Source of the DNA: Minisyncoccota bacterium | GTDB taxonomy: Bacteria > Patescibacteriota > Minisyncoccia > Phycocordibacterales > DASSSU01 | Direction of reading: 5' to 3' | Length of the DNA: 64,000 nt | NCBI GenBank assembly: GCA_035708305.1 | Contig: DASSSU010000030.1 | Span: forward strand, 9,649-73,648 | Shown: piece after piece, positions 47,199 to 57,312 of the stretch | How positions within the stretch are numbered: the stretch's first letter is position 1 | How the letters are laid out: each line of letters starts with the position of its first letter | Translations under genes and position numbers: made by a program | The notes under the pieces: model-generated | Seen by the model: the letters and a program-made list of their open reading frames with translations, nothing else | Told to the model about the DNA's origin: nothing | Databases searched by the model: none

Positions 47199-47801
47199 AT
47201 GCAGATAATGAACAGAAAATATATTTTAGGTTTCCTTATTCTGGCCATACTTGTTATTACTGGAGGAGTTTATATCTGGAAAATCTCTTTTGTTCCTGAA
47301 GCAAAAAATCAGCTACCGGGCAGTTTGCAAAAAGCTGTTTCTCAGGTTGAAAAAGCGGGCACTCCGGAAGTGGGTTCCGACTGGAAACCATATCAGCCCA
47401 AAAAGCTCCAGCTTACTTTCAAATATCCACCAAATCTGTTGATCCAAGAAACATCCGACGGAATTCATATTTATGCTAATACGCCGGAAAATCGGGCGTT
47501 CATTCAAAACCCGAGCGAATACGAAGGAAGCAGACCAGGGATGTCTTTTCGTCTTATCGATTCCAATCAAACTCCGGAAGATTTTGCACAAAAATCTTTT
47601 CCAGATCAACCCAAAGCAACGGTTACTTTGTTTGGAGGAAAAGCACTCGTGCTTGCCGGGCAGGGAATGGATCAGTGGGATATGATTCTCTTTTCGCACG
47701 ATCACGCTTTGTACCAAATAACGATTCAGTATGCATCTTTGAATGACCCGGCGCGGAAAACTTTTTACGGCATTCTCTCAAGTGTCCATTTTCTTCAGTG
47801 A
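47199..47801 (+). CDS. Membrane-anchored hypothetical protein (PsbP-like WxxY...FKYP)
   Basis: N-terminal TM; WKPY..LTFKYP; ends ILSSVHF. Confidence 0.7.
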   Translation: MQIMNRKYILGFLILAILVITGGVYIWKISFVPEAKNQLPGSLQKAVSQVEKAGTPEVGSDWKPYQPKKLQLTFKYPPNLLIQETSDGIHIYANTPENRAFIQNPSEYEGSRPGMSFRLIDSNQTPEDFAQKSFPDQPKATVTLFGGKALVLAGQGMDQWDMILFSHDHALYQITIQYASLNDPARKTFYGILSSVHFLQ

Positions 47802-47922
47802 CTCAAGTGAGCCGGATGGAAAAGTTCGATTTTGGGGCTTGTAAACAGTGTGGACAACGAAAGAAAAGAGAGTACTATAGAGGTTTATTTTAAAAAATTT
47901 ACCTGTTTTTTATTTCACCACT

Positions 47923-49359
47923 ATGAAAACGGCACTGAAAAAGACGAAGATTGTAGCCACGATCGGTCCGGCGACGGAGAGCGAGGAGATGCTGACGAAA
48001 CTTATTCAAGAAGGACTCAATGTCATTCGCTTGAATTTTTCGCACGGAGATTTTGCCGAGCATCAGCTGAAACTGGATAACGCCCGAAAAGCTGCGAAGA
48101 AACTTGGAGCACGGGTGGCGATTTTGCAGGATCTTTCCGGGCCAAAAATCCGCATTGGTGATTTCTATCAGGACCGCGTGCAGCTGAAAAAGGGAAGCAC
48201 ATTTACTTTGAAAACCGAAAAAATCACCGGCAATGAGCAGGAAGCGTATGTGAACTACCCTACGCTTCCAGAGGAGGTTTCCAAAGGACAGATCATCATG
48301 CTCGACGACGGGAAGAAGCAGCTCGAGGTCACGAAGGTTGGGAAGGGGTTTGTGGAGACAAAAGTCCTGGTCGGTGGAGACACGAAGGGACGCCGCGGGG
48401 TGAACATTCCCGGAGCGAATCTCTCCATTAGTGCGCTCACGGAGAAGGATAAAAAAGATATTGCTTTTGGGGTGAAGAATGACGTGGAATTTTTTGCACT
48501 TTCTTTCGTACGGCGGGTTGGCGATATCGAAGAACTGCGGGCGATCCTGAAGCGGAAAAAGTGCGACGCACACATCATCGCAAAAATCGAAACACAGGAA
48601 GCCGTGGACAACTTCGAAGAAATTCTCACGGCGGTGGATGGTGTGATGGTGGCGCGAGGAGACCTGGCAATCGAAGTTCCGGCGGAAAAAGTTCCGCTCA
48701 TTCAGAAGCGGATCATTGCATTGGCAAACGCGGCGGGGAAACCAGTAATTACCGCAACACAGATGCTTGAGTCGATGATCCATTCTCCGGTACCGACACG
48801 CGCGGAAGTTTCCGATGTGGCAAACGCGATCTACGATGGGACGGACGCAGTGATGCTCTCGGAAGAAACCACCCTTGGAGAATATCCGCTTGAAGCCGTA
48901 AAGGTGATGGCGCGGGTGGCCAAGGAAACTGAAGAGAGTTTTTTTGATGGGGTGGCGACAAACGAGACAAACGAAATGGACCTTGAAGGAGTTCCGGTGA
49001 CCGATTCCGTAACGGCTTCGGTAGTCAACACGGCGAACGAAGTGAATGCAAAGACGATCGTGGCACTCACGGACAGCGGTCTGACCGCGCGGATGATCTC
49101 GCGATACCGTCCAAAAATGCCGATCCTTGCGCTCTCTGGAAGCGAAAAAACCTGCAATCGCCTCGCGCTTTCTTTTGGATGCTTTCCTGAAAAGGTGGAG
49201 CGGTTTGGGGACTTGAAAAATGCACTCGAAGTGGTGCGCCGGGAATGTGTCAACCAAAAACTGGCAAGTCGGGGTGACAAAGTCATCGTCTCCGCCGGTG
49301 TTCCTTTTCACGAAAAACAGTCTGTCAAAACTAACATGCTGGTGGTTTTGGAGATTTAG
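47923..49359 (+). CDS. pyk: Pyruvate kinase
   Basis: TKIVATIGPA, RLNFSHG, DLSGPKIR, AKIE, MVARGDL, ATQMLESM, PTRAEVSD. Confidence 0.98.
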   Translation: MKTALKKTKIVATIGPATESEEMLTKLIQEGLNVIRLNFSHGDFAEHQLKLDNARKAAKKLGARVAILQDLSGPKIRIGDFYQDRVQLKKGSTFTLKTEKITGNEQEAYVNYPTLPEEVSKGQIIMLDDGKKQLEVTKVGKGFVETKVLVGGDTKGRRGVNIPGANLSISALTEKDKKDIAFGVKNDVEFFALSFVRRVGDIEELRAILKRKKCDAHIIAKIETQEAVDNFEEILTAVDGVMVARGDLAIEVPAEKVPLIQKRIIALANAAGKPVITATQMLESMIHSPVPTRAEVSDVANAIYDGTDAVMLSEETTLGEYPLEAVKVMARVAKETEESFFDGVATNETNEMDLEGVPVTDSVTASVVNTANEVNAKTIVALTDSGLTARMISRYRPKMPILALSGSEKTCNRLALSFGCFPEKVERFGDLKNALEVVRRECVNQKLASRGDKVIVSAGVPFHEKQSVKTNMLVVLEI

Positions 49360-49388
49360 AAATTTTTCTTGTTGATTATTTTATAGCA

Positions 49389-49422
49389 AAAAACAACGCT
49401 TTCGTACGAAAGCGTTGTTTTT
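49389..49422. terminator. Bidirectional terminator (34-bp perfect palindrome)
   Basis: AAAAACAACGCTTTCGTACGAAAGCGTTGTTTTT. Confidence 0.85.
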
Positions 49423-49439
49423 CCATGAAGGCCGGATTT

Positions 49440-50168
49440 TTAGAATTTTTCTTTTAAGCTTTCTGAGTAACGTTTCAGTCCAACAAAAATCACGAGCAAG
49501 AGCATGAGTGCAAGAATTTCGTATTTCAGAGAATTCTTCAGAGAAAATGGAAATGCACCAGAAGCGGCGACAAGCATGGCGGTCGTGGTGCTTTTGGTTT
49601 CGGCAGGATTCGCGCATATTTCTGAGTTGAGGTGCAATGCGTAAATCAATCCGGCGGGGTTGGTGTAGGGAGAAGCTCCTGTCCGGTAGAAATATTTTGC
49701 ATTGGTCACTTGAAATGTAATGGTGTTTTTGCCGGAGTGAAACAGAGAAGAAGAAATTGGGAAAGTCCTGATGGTTTTAAAATTATCTTCACCTGATTCA
49801 GACGCCACCTGATTGCCGTTTACAGAAATCTTATAATAATCATCCCCGGCAATGGAGAGCGTTCCGGAAGTTACGGCACCTTCAAGCGTAAAATCTTTTT
49901 GAAACACTACCGTATCTTGAACCTGTGGGTCTGTCACTAAGTACGATTTCCAAATCCACTGCGCGCCGGGGATTTTTGGCCACAAAGGACTCCGGTACGC
50001 CAAGACCGCACTTTCGCCTCCGGCAATAGAAGTGGACGGGTTGCTTACCAGGGTTTGGTTGGTTTGCGTGCAATTCTGATTCGCAAGCGCACTGAAAGGT
50101 ATGCTGCTGAAGAGCATGCTTACCAAGAATATGGCAAATGATGCCATGGGGAGGGTTCTTACTTTCAT
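49440..50168 (-). CDS. Secreted galactose-binding/lectin-fold protein with a C-terminal membrane anchor
   Basis: Signal peptide; GAQWIW, AGDD...VNG, GKNTI, NPAGL; C-terminal TM plus basic tail. Confidence 0.65.
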   Translation of the reverse strand: MKVRTLPMASFAIFLVSMLFSSIPFSALANQNCTQTNQTLVSNPSTSIAGGESAVLAYRSPLWPKIPGAQWIWKSYLVTDPQVQDTVVFQKDFTLEGAVTSGTLSIAGDDYYKISVNGNQVASESGEDNFKTIRTFPISSSLFHSGKNTITFQVTNAKYFYRTGASPYTNPAGLIYALHLNSEICANPAETKSTTTAMLVAASGAFPFSLKNSLKYEILALMLLLVIFVGLKRYSESLKEKF

Positions 50169-50288
50169 AGTGAAATTCTTATTTTAAGGTTATTGCTACC
50201 ATGCTTGGCTAGACATGTCAACGTTGACTGAACCAAGACCGGGCATCAATCTTTTGACTTTAGAGAGAGTGTATGTTAGACATCCATT

Positions 50289-50570
50289 ATGGACGAAGTT
50301 TACCCAGAAATGTATGTTCCTGTGTCAGAAACGATCCCGACGGAGATTTCAGGGTCTCGAATTCGTGAACTTTGGTTTAAAATTTCTGTTATTTTTGTTT
50401 TACTTTTTTGTACCTTCAACATTTTCATATTTGGGTATTTTATTTTTCTCGGGCTGTCATCCTTCTTTTACCGAGCTATTACCGTCTTTCTACTTCTTAT
50501 CTTTTTTTCAAATATCGGCGCGAAACTGTCTCTTCTGTTAATCACCGCTGGAGAATATGAAAACTTCTAA
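50289..50570 (+). CDS. Small membrane protein
   Basis: Two hydrophobic segments; overlaps the GT2 start. Confidence 0.5.
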   Translation: MDEVYPEMYVPVSETIPTEISGSRIRELWFKISVIFVLLFCTFNIFIFGYFIFLGLSSFFYRAITVFLLLIFFSNIGAKLSLLLITAGEYENF

Positions 50571-51915
50571 AACCATCAGTGTACAAAAATTCGTAGTATA
50601 CAGCGGGTTGTATCTTCTGACGTTTGGTATTATTTTTTTTACGTTTACCCTTACTCCGCGGCAGAGTTACAATTTTCACATTCTTCGATTGCTCATCATT
50701 TTTTGTTCGGTCGTGCTCCTTTCAAAATATTTTTTCTACATGGTCATTAGTCCGTGGCATGATGTGGTGGTTGCTTACAAAAATAAAAGAAACTACAACG
50801 GGAAATACTACCAACCCCTTGTTTCGGTGATGATCCCGGCATGGAACGAGGAAGTGGGTTTGTTGAATACCGTGAGAACATTGCTCCGAAGCGACTATCG
50901 AAATGTGGAACTGGTGATTGTGAATGATGGATCCACCGATCGGTCACACGAATTTATGATGAGGTTTCTTCAGCGATATGACGCAGAGATTCCGGAATCT
51001 CCCGATAAAATACAGATTGTTTATCACTACAAAGAAAATGGTGGAAAGGGAGAGGCACTCAACACCGCCATAGCGCTTTCGCGTGGAGATATTCTCTTGT
51101 CGATCGATGCGGACTGCGCCGTGGGAAAGAGCACGATCGGAAATTTTGTCCGGCATTTTGCTGATCCTGAGGTGATGGCTGCGGTGGGGAATGTGCGGGT
51201 GGCGAACACGAAAAACATCATTGAGGTGGTTCAGTACATCGAGTTTCTTTTTTCGTTTTATTTCAAAAAGGCGGAGTCTGTGATGAACACCATCTACATC
51301 ATCGGCGGGGCGGCGGGTGCGTTCCGGCGAGAGGTGTTTGAACAGCTTGGTCCCTACAATACCAAGAACATCACTGAAGATATTGAGCTTTCCGTACGGA
51401 TTCAAAAAGCGGGAATGAAAATCGTGTATGCATCTGATGCACTGGTGTATACTGAAGGGGCAAGCAAGCTTCGGGATTTGAAAAAGCAAAGGCACCGGTG
51501 GAAACGCGGGCGATTTGAAACTTTTTTTCTCCACGGCGATCTTTTTTTCAGCACGGACAAAAGGCACAACAAAATTCTTACCTGGATTATTTTGCCGCTG
51601 GCATATTTCGGAGAATTCCAGCTTGCTCTGGAACTTCTTTTCGTCGCATTTCTCTATGTGTATTCGATTTTGACGAACGACTTTTCGTCTTTCATTTCAG
51701 GAATTATTGTCGTGTGTTCTATGTTCTTGGTCCAGACGCTCTTTGAAGAAAAAATAAACAGAAAGTATTCTCTCTATCTTCTTTCTCCGATCGGCTGGCT
51801 GCTTTTTTATGTTTCGACTTTTGTGGAGGTGAGCGCGTTGCTGAAGTCCGTGTGGGGTCTTCTGAGAAAGCAGGAAATTAAATGGCAAAGATGGCAGCGC
51901 CACGGTATTCAGTAA
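50557..51915 (+). CDS. Processive GT2 polysaccharide synthase (PgaC/IcaA-like)
   Basis: IPAWNE, NDGSTD, NGGKG, DAD, TED, QRHRW, flanking TMs. Confidence 0.88.
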   Translation: MKTSKTISVQKFVVYSGLYLLTFGIIFFTFTLTPRQSYNFHILRLLIIFCSVVLLSKYFFYMVISPWHDVVVAYKNKRNYNGKYYQPLVSVMIPAWNEEVGLLNTVRTLLRSDYRNVELVIVNDGSTDRSHEFMMRFLQRYDAEIPESPDKIQIVYHYKENGGKGEALNTAIALSRGDILLSIDADCAVGKSTIGNFVRHFADPEVMAAVGNVRVANTKNIIEVVQYIEFLFSFYFKKAESVMNTIYIIGGAAGAFRREVFEQLGPYNTKNITEDIELSVRIQKAGMKIVYASDALVYTEGASKLRDLKKQRHRWKRGRFETFFLHGDLFFSTDKRHNKILTWIILPLAYFGEFQLALELLFVAFLYVYSILTNDFSSFISGIIVVCSMFLVQTLFEEKINRKYSLYLLSPIGWLLFYVSTFVEVSALLKSVWGLLRKQEIKWQRWQRHGIQ

Positions 51916-51919
51916 AAAA

Positions 51920-52906
51920 ATGGAAATTAAAAACAAGCACGTCATTACCATCGGTTTCCTTCTTTTTCTGTTGGTCTGTACTTCGGCTGCTTTGTATGCC
52001 GCTGCTTTTGCAGGAAAAAACAATCTTGAATACGGTCTCTGGGTCTGGGATTCGCCGATTCAGATTTCTCAAAAATACCAAAGCACGGTACTTTCGACAG
52101 CCACCTCAAACGGAATGAACGTTCTCTATGTAACGATAGATGACTATTTGGATATTGCGGAATTGCCTGATGGTACCGATAAAAGCCAAAAGATTGCGGC
52201 GTATATGAATGCTTTGCAGAGGCTTGTTTCTGCGGCAAACGCCAGAGGGATTTCTGTTGATGTGGAAGCAGGTTGGCGGGATTGGGGTGAAGCAGATCAG
52301 CAGTACAAAGCTATGGATATTATTGATTTTGCAGAAAAGTACAACGCGACTCACGGAACGGCAAAGATCCGCGGCGTTCAGTTTGATGTAGAATCTTACC
52401 TTCTTCCGACGTACGAAGGCGACAAAGCGCTTATTTTGGAACACTTTGTTCAGTTTGTTGCTGCCGTTACTGCTCGGATGGGGACAGACGATTTGAGGTT
52501 AAGTGTGGTGGTGCCACATTTTTATGACGACCAGCAGAATTGGACCCCCGCTATAACGTACGATGGCCAAACGACATTTACTTTCAACCATGTTTTGCGA
52601 ATTCTTGATACGCGGCCGGGAAGTTCCATCATCGTTATGGCCTATCGCAACAAAGCACAGGGAAGTGATGGTGCAATCCAGCTTTCTCATACGGAAGTTG
52701 AAGAAGCTTCGGCGTCTCCGCATGGTACCAAGATCATTGTCGCCCAAGAAACGGGAAATGTTCCGCCGGCATACGTAACGTTTTATGGAAGAACAAAAGC
52801 ATATTATCTGGAACAGGTTCAAATGATCCGCAAAAAGTTTGACGGAGAGAAAAATTTTGGCGGCATAGCGGTTGACTATATTGATCCGTTTTTGCAATTG
52901 AAATAA
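51920..52906 (+). CDS. Exported TIM-barrel glycoside-hydrolase-like protein
   Basis: N-terminal TM; LWVWD, GVQFDVE.Y, VMAYRN, QET, FGGIAVDY. Confidence 0.6.
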   Translation: MEIKNKHVITIGFLLFLLVCTSAALYAAAFAGKNNLEYGLWVWDSPIQISQKYQSTVLSTATSNGMNVLYVTIDDYLDIAELPDGTDKSQKIAAYMNALQRLVSAANARGISVDVEAGWRDWGEADQQYKAMDIIDFAEKYNATHGTAKIRGVQFDVESYLLPTYEGDKALILEHFVQFVAAVTARMGTDDLRLSVVVPHFYDDQQNWTPAITYDGQTTFTFNHVLRILDTRPGSSIIVMAYRNKAQGSDGAIQLSHTEVEEASASPHGTKIIVAQETGNVPPAYVTFYGRTKAYYLEQVQMIRKKFDGEKNFGGIAVDYIDPFLQLK

Positions 52907-52926
52907 AGTGGTATACTGGAAGCATT

Positions 52927-53190
52927 ATGAATACCATATTATTTTTTCATATTATCGTCGCACTCTTGAGTTTGGTATCCACCGCGCTTTTGTATGTTCG
53001 TCCGTCGGTGAAAAAAATGCGCGTTTCGGAGATTTTGGTTGCTTTGACCGTCGCTTCGGGAACGTATTTGATCCTCGGCATGAACGGACAGATCCTCGGA
53101 ACATGCCTCATGGGGCTCGCGTACATCGCTGTCACGCTTTTTGGGATTGTCGCTGCTCGCAAAAAAATGCTTGCCGCAGAAGTGCGATAG
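52927..53190 (+). CDS. Small 3-TM membrane protein
   Basis: HIIVAL, SGTYL, C.MGL.Y; TGgTATACT upstream. Confidence 0.7.
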   Translation: MNTILFFHIIVALLSLVSTALLYVRPSVKKMRVSEILVALTVASGTYLILGMNGQILGTCLMGLAYIAVTLFGIVAARKKMLAAEVR

Positions 53191-53351
53191 TCTCCTCAAG
53201 TTAAGAAAAATTTAAAAAAACAAAAGCCGCTTTTCCGGTTTCGGAAGGCGATGCTGAGGACCTGCAGCCTTGAAAGAAAGGTTGTGGAAAGAAAATATTT
53301 CTGTAAGATAAAAAACTTCAGAAACTCTCAATTCTGTAAATCAAAACACGT

Positions 53352-55142
53352 ATGAAAAAGACGGAAACAGTTTTGGGAACGAAGCTTATTTTAGGCTTGT
53401 ACTGGCACGAGATAAGAAAACATCCCTGGTATGTCCTGGGAATTTTTCTCATGGCGCCGCTCGCCGCTTTCTTGAACAACTTCGCGGTTACGTATATCAC
53501 TGCAGGGGTGATCGACAAACTCAGCCGGACGGGGATGGTGCCACTCCATCAAGTGTGGCCGACGTTTGGAAATTCCATCTTGCTGTTGGTCGGCGCGGTG
53601 GTCTTGGGTGAGCTGATCTTGTATCGACTGCTCACGTATCTCGTTTGGAATTTGGAGATCAAAGTGGATTTCAATCTCTACTTGCGATGCTTTCACCATC
53701 TTTCTCACCAAAGCGCGCAATTCCATGCCAATGAATTCGGCGGCTCTCTTGTTTCGCAGACCAACAAATTTGTCGGCGGGTATTCGTCGCTTTTCGATAC
53801 GTTGGTTTTCAATGTTTTCCCGTTTTTCTACTCGCTCGCTTTTACGCTTATCATTCTGGGCGTTCGGGTGCCGTTTTTCGCGCTTGGACTCGCAGTGATT
53901 TCAGCGGTGTTCATTGTGTTTAACTTTCTCAGCTACGGAAAAGTAAAAAATCTCAATGAAATCGAATCCGAAGCGGGCAACAAACTCTCCGGCCATATTT
54001 CCGACACCATCACCAACATTCTTGCGGTAAAAAGTTTCGGCGCAGAAGACCGGGAGCGGAAAAGCTTTGAAGACTACAACCGCAAGGCGATGCGAGCATC
54101 GAAAGAGGTCATGATCGCGCAAATCCTTCGCGATGTAGGGTTCGGTCTGGCGCTGGTGGCGCTAATCGGATTCATGTTTGTTTCGATCCTCTATGGGCAG
54201 GCGCTTATGAGTATCAGTATCGGCACCATGATTTTGATGCTGACGTACAGTTTGAACCTGTTTGATCAGCTGTGGCGGATCAGCTATATCACTCGCGCGT
54301 ATAATCACGCGTATGGCAATGCGCTTCCGATGGCAAAAATACTTTCAACGGAAAGCATTCTTCAGGATCCGGAACAGCCGGAGGAGGTGCGAATCCAGAA
54401 AGGAGAAGTCACATTTGAAAATATCTCTTTCACGTATACCGAAGAGAACGAAGCGGTCTTTCGGAATTTTTCCCTCTCCTTGAAGTCGGGTGAAAAAGTG
54501 GGACTCGTGGGGTACTCCGGTTCTGGGAAGTCCACACTTACCAAGCTGCTGTTGCGTTTTGCGGATGTGGAGCGCGGAGCGGTAAAAATCGATGGGCAGG
54601 ATATCCGGATGCTCAAACAAGCGGAGTTTCGAAAGTCCATCGCGTACGTTCCGCAGGAGCCGCTTTTGTTTCATCGGTCTATTAAGGAAAACATTTCGTA
54701 TGGAAAGACGGATGCGGCGGACGAAGAAATCTACGAGGCGGCGAACCGTGCGCAGGCTCTGGAATTTATCAAAGGTTTGCCGAGCGGTTTTGATACACTC
54801 GTTGGCGAACGCGGAATAAAACTCTCGGGCGGTCAGCGTCAGCGCATTGTCATTGCCCGAGCGGTTTTAAAAAATGCGCCGATTTTGGTTCTTGATGAGG
54901 CAACCAGCGCATTGGACTCGGAAAGCGAACATCTGATTCAGAAGGCACTCCGAGAACTTATGAAAAACCGCACCGCGCTCGTGATTGCACACCGTCTGAG
55001 CACGATCCAGAAAATGGATCGGATTGTCGTGCTTGAAAAAGGAAAAATCGCGGAAGAGGGTTCGCATGAAGAGCTGCTGGAAAGAAATGGTATGTACGCA
55101 GCTATGTGGAAAAGGCAGTCGGGCGGATTTATCGAGGAATGA
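53352..55142 (+). CDS. ABC exporter, fused permease/ATPase (MdlB/MsbA-like)
   Basis: TM domain; [32 protein letters not shown]. Confidence 0.93.
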   Translation: MKKTETVLGTKLILGLYWHEIRKHPWYVLGIFLMAPLAAFLNNFAVTYITAGVIDKLSRTGMVPLHQVWPTFGNSILLLVGAVVLGELILYRLLTYLVWNLEIKVDFNLYLRCFHHLSHQSAQFHANEFGGSLVSQTNKFVGGYSSLFDTLVFNVFPFFYSLAFTLIILGVRVPFFALGLAVISAVFIVFNFLSYGKVKNLNEIESEAGNKLSGHISDTITNILAVKSFGAEDRERKSFEDYNRKAMRASKEVMIAQILRDVGFGLALVALIGFMFVSILYGQALMSISIGTMILMLTYSLNLFDQLWRISYITRAYNHAYGNALPMAKILSTESILQDPEQPEEVRIQKGEVTFENISFTYTEENEAVFRNFSLSLKSGEKVGLVGYSGSGKSTLTKLLLRFADVERGAVKIDGQDIRMLKQAEFRKSIAYVPQEPLLFHRSIKENISYGKTDAADEEIYEAANRAQALEFIKGLPSGFDTLVGERGIKLSGGQRQRIVIARAVLKNAPILVLDEATSALDSESEHLIQKALRELMKNRTALVIAHRLSTIQKMDRIVVLEKGKIAEEGSHEELLERNGMYAAMWKRQSGGFIEE

Positions 55143-55224
55143 GGAATAAGGAAAAAAAGGGGGGATTTTTTGTCATCATAATCTTCGGTTTCGGGAAATT
55201 TTCGGCAGATGCTAAAATATCGGC

Positions 55225-55722
55225 ATGATTGATCGGGAAGTAATTCATTTCATCCGAACCAAAACCGAAGAGGGTTGGACGCGGGAACAAATCGCCAAAA
55301 GCCTGATCAAAGGTGGCGGCTGGAATCGGCAGGACGTGGACGAACACTTCGCGTTTTTTGAAAGCGGCGGCCAGAGTCTTTCGGAACCAAAGATTGTAGA
55401 GGTGAAAAGGCGGAGCAACAAAATGCTGTACGTGAATCTCGGTATTTTTGTAGCATATACAGCACTTGCGATTGTTTTCGGGTCAAATGAAGATGCGACT
55501 TTGAGTATCTTTGAACATTTTGCGATCATCCATCTGGTGATGTTTGTTCTCTATTTTTTCATGCAAAAAGTTTCAGAGGATATCGAAGCGAAAAAAAAAC
55601 GGAGGTTTGGAGTGACAAAACTCACGAGATCACAGAGTGGCACCACAGTGATTTTTATCGTACTTTTTGTTCTCGCGTTTTTTGCTGTGTTGCTTTCTTT
55701 TTGGCTTCATCCGCTGCCGTAA
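55225..55722 (+). CDS. Hypothetical membrane protein
   Basis: GWTREQI..SL..GGW N-terminal helical motif plus three TMs. Confidence 0.7.
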   Translation: MIDREVIHFIRTKTEEGWTREQIAKSLIKGGGWNRQDVDEHFAFFESGGQSLSEPKIVEVKRRSNKMLYVNLGIFVAYTALAIVFGSNEDATLSIFEHFAIIHLVMFVLYFFMQKVSEDIEAKKKRRFGVTKLTRSQSGTTVIFIVLFVLAFFAVLLSFWLHPLP

Positions 55723-55823
55723 TTTTCCAGAAAGTTTATGTGGATACGAGACTTTGGAAGATGCAAAAATTTGGTATTCTAAAGGAAAGAGCTTTTTGGC
55801 TCTTCTTGTTTAAAAATTTTAAT

Positions 55824-56594
55824 ATGAAAAAAATACATTTTTTTATCTCAGCTATTTTGTTTCTTTTAATGGTGACAAGCGCCAGTGCTTTCAGCGGAAA
55901 TGCGCATGGAGCGCTTGGTTTGAATGTGTCTGCAACGAGTTCTGCTGATCTCCACGCGAAAGCTCTGCCGGTTGCAGTGGAGGCAAGCACCACTGCTGGA
56001 GCAAATCTTTCTGTGACAGGAAACGCCACATCCGAAAGCCGCTCTCATGGTGTGCAGGGTGAAGACATGCGGACTGAACACCGGAGCGCAACTGGCACCG
56101 AGCACGCTAAGAACGGAACCAGCACCGAAGAAGCAACTACTTCTGTGAATATGCATGCGACGAGTACCGGGAAAATGACGAGCGAACTTCACCGCAGTGC
56201 TGTCGCTTTGGTGGTGGCGAATCTTAAAGAAGTTGCCGGTAAAGATGACAAAATCGGTGCGGAAGTGAGTGCGGTAGCCGAAACTCAAGAAGTTTCAAAC
56301 GACCGCATGTCCGGTGCGATGGCCAAGGTGGAATCCCGCGGAAAGTTTAAGACATTTTTGATTGGATCGGATTATAAAAATCTGGGGATAATCAGAAGTG
56401 AAATTGTTACAACGAATAATTCCATCGACCAGCTGAAAAAAGCGGAAGAAAAAACAACTGATCCGGAAGTGAAGGCGGATCTGCAGACGCAGGTCGAAGC
56501 TTTGATCAAAACGCAGACAGAAACAAATGCTTTTGTTCAGGCACATGAAGATTCCTTCAGTCTCTTTGGCTGGCTGGTGAAACTCTTCAGTTAA
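55824..56594 (+). CDS. Secreted hypothetical protein (low-complexity N-terminus, helical C-terminus)
   Basis: Signal peptide; HRSAVA, FLIGSDYKNLG, FSLFGWL. Confidence 0.75.
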   Translation: MKKIHFFISAILFLLMVTSASAFSGNAHGALGLNVSATSSADLHAKALPVAVEASTTAGANLSVTGNATSESRSHGVQGEDMRTEHRSATGTEHAKNGTSTEEATTSVNMHATSTGKMTSELHRSAVALVVANLKEVAGKDDKIGAEVSAVAETQEVSNDRMSGAMAKVESRGKFKTFLIGSDYKNLGIIRSEIVTTNNSIDQLKKAEEKTTDPEVKADLQTQVEALIKTQTETNAFVQAHEDSFSLFGWLVKLFS

Positions 56595-56714
56595 TTTTCT
56601 TCATTCAAGTTCTTGCAAAAAAGTGCGCTTGCCGCGCTTTTTGTTTTTTACAAAAAAAAGCAACGCAGATACTGCCTGGACGGAGTGGGGGAAAAGGCAT
56701 ATACTCTTTTTGCC

Positions 56715-57260
56715 ATGGAAAAAAGCGACGCGGAATTGATTGCGGCTTACTTAAACGGAGAAGAGGAAGCGTTTGCCGCTTTGGTGGATCGATACGCACC
56801 GCATGTTTTCCGCTTTATTTATGCACTCACGCATCACGGTGAAGAATCCGATGATCTCACTCAGGAAGTTTTTGTAAAAATCTGGAAAAACCTCTCCAAG
56901 TTTAATCAGGAAAAAAATTTCCGAAGCTGGGCGTTTGCGATTGCCAAAAACACAGTCATCGACTGGTCGCGAAGGAAAAAAGTTGTACTTTTCTCGGATT
57001 TGGATTCTGCCACACAGTCTTTTGAAAGCACGCTCTCTGACGGGGCTTTGCCTGAGGATTTCTTGGAGAAAAAAGATCTTGCCGAAAGTGTAAGGCAGGT
57101 GATGGGAAAGCTCTCTTCGCAGAATCAGTCCATTTTCTTTTTGCACGTGATGGAAGGAAGGACTTTTCAAGAAATTTCCGATCTACTCGATATGCCGATG
57201 AACACGGTAAAAAGCCTGTACCGAAGAATGCTTTTGGCATTTCGGAAAAACGTTTCCTGA
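56715..57260 (+). CDS. ECF RNA polymerase sigma factor
   Basis: DDLTQEVFVKIW, FRSWAF.IA.N..ID, FQEIS...NTVKS..RR. Confidence 0.92.
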   Translation: MEKSDAELIAAYLNGEEEAFAALVDRYAPHVFRFIYALTHHGEESDDLTQEVFVKIWKNLSKFNQEKNFRSWAFAIAKNTVIDWSRRKKVVLFSDLDSATQSFESTLSDGALPEDFLEKKDLAESVRQVMGKLSSQNQSIFFLHVMEGRTFQEISDLLDMPMNTVKSLYRRMLLAFRKNVS

Positions 57261-57312
57261 TCTTGTATTTGTATTTTGCACCAATTTCGCACTCCAGATC
57301 CGTATTATTGGC

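Noticed and set aside
53254-53305. Hammerhead-like CTGAGGA...GAAA (and CCGATGA...CGAAAC at 63256-63273)
   Set aside because: Stems I/II and the NUH cleavage triplet cannot be formed correctly.
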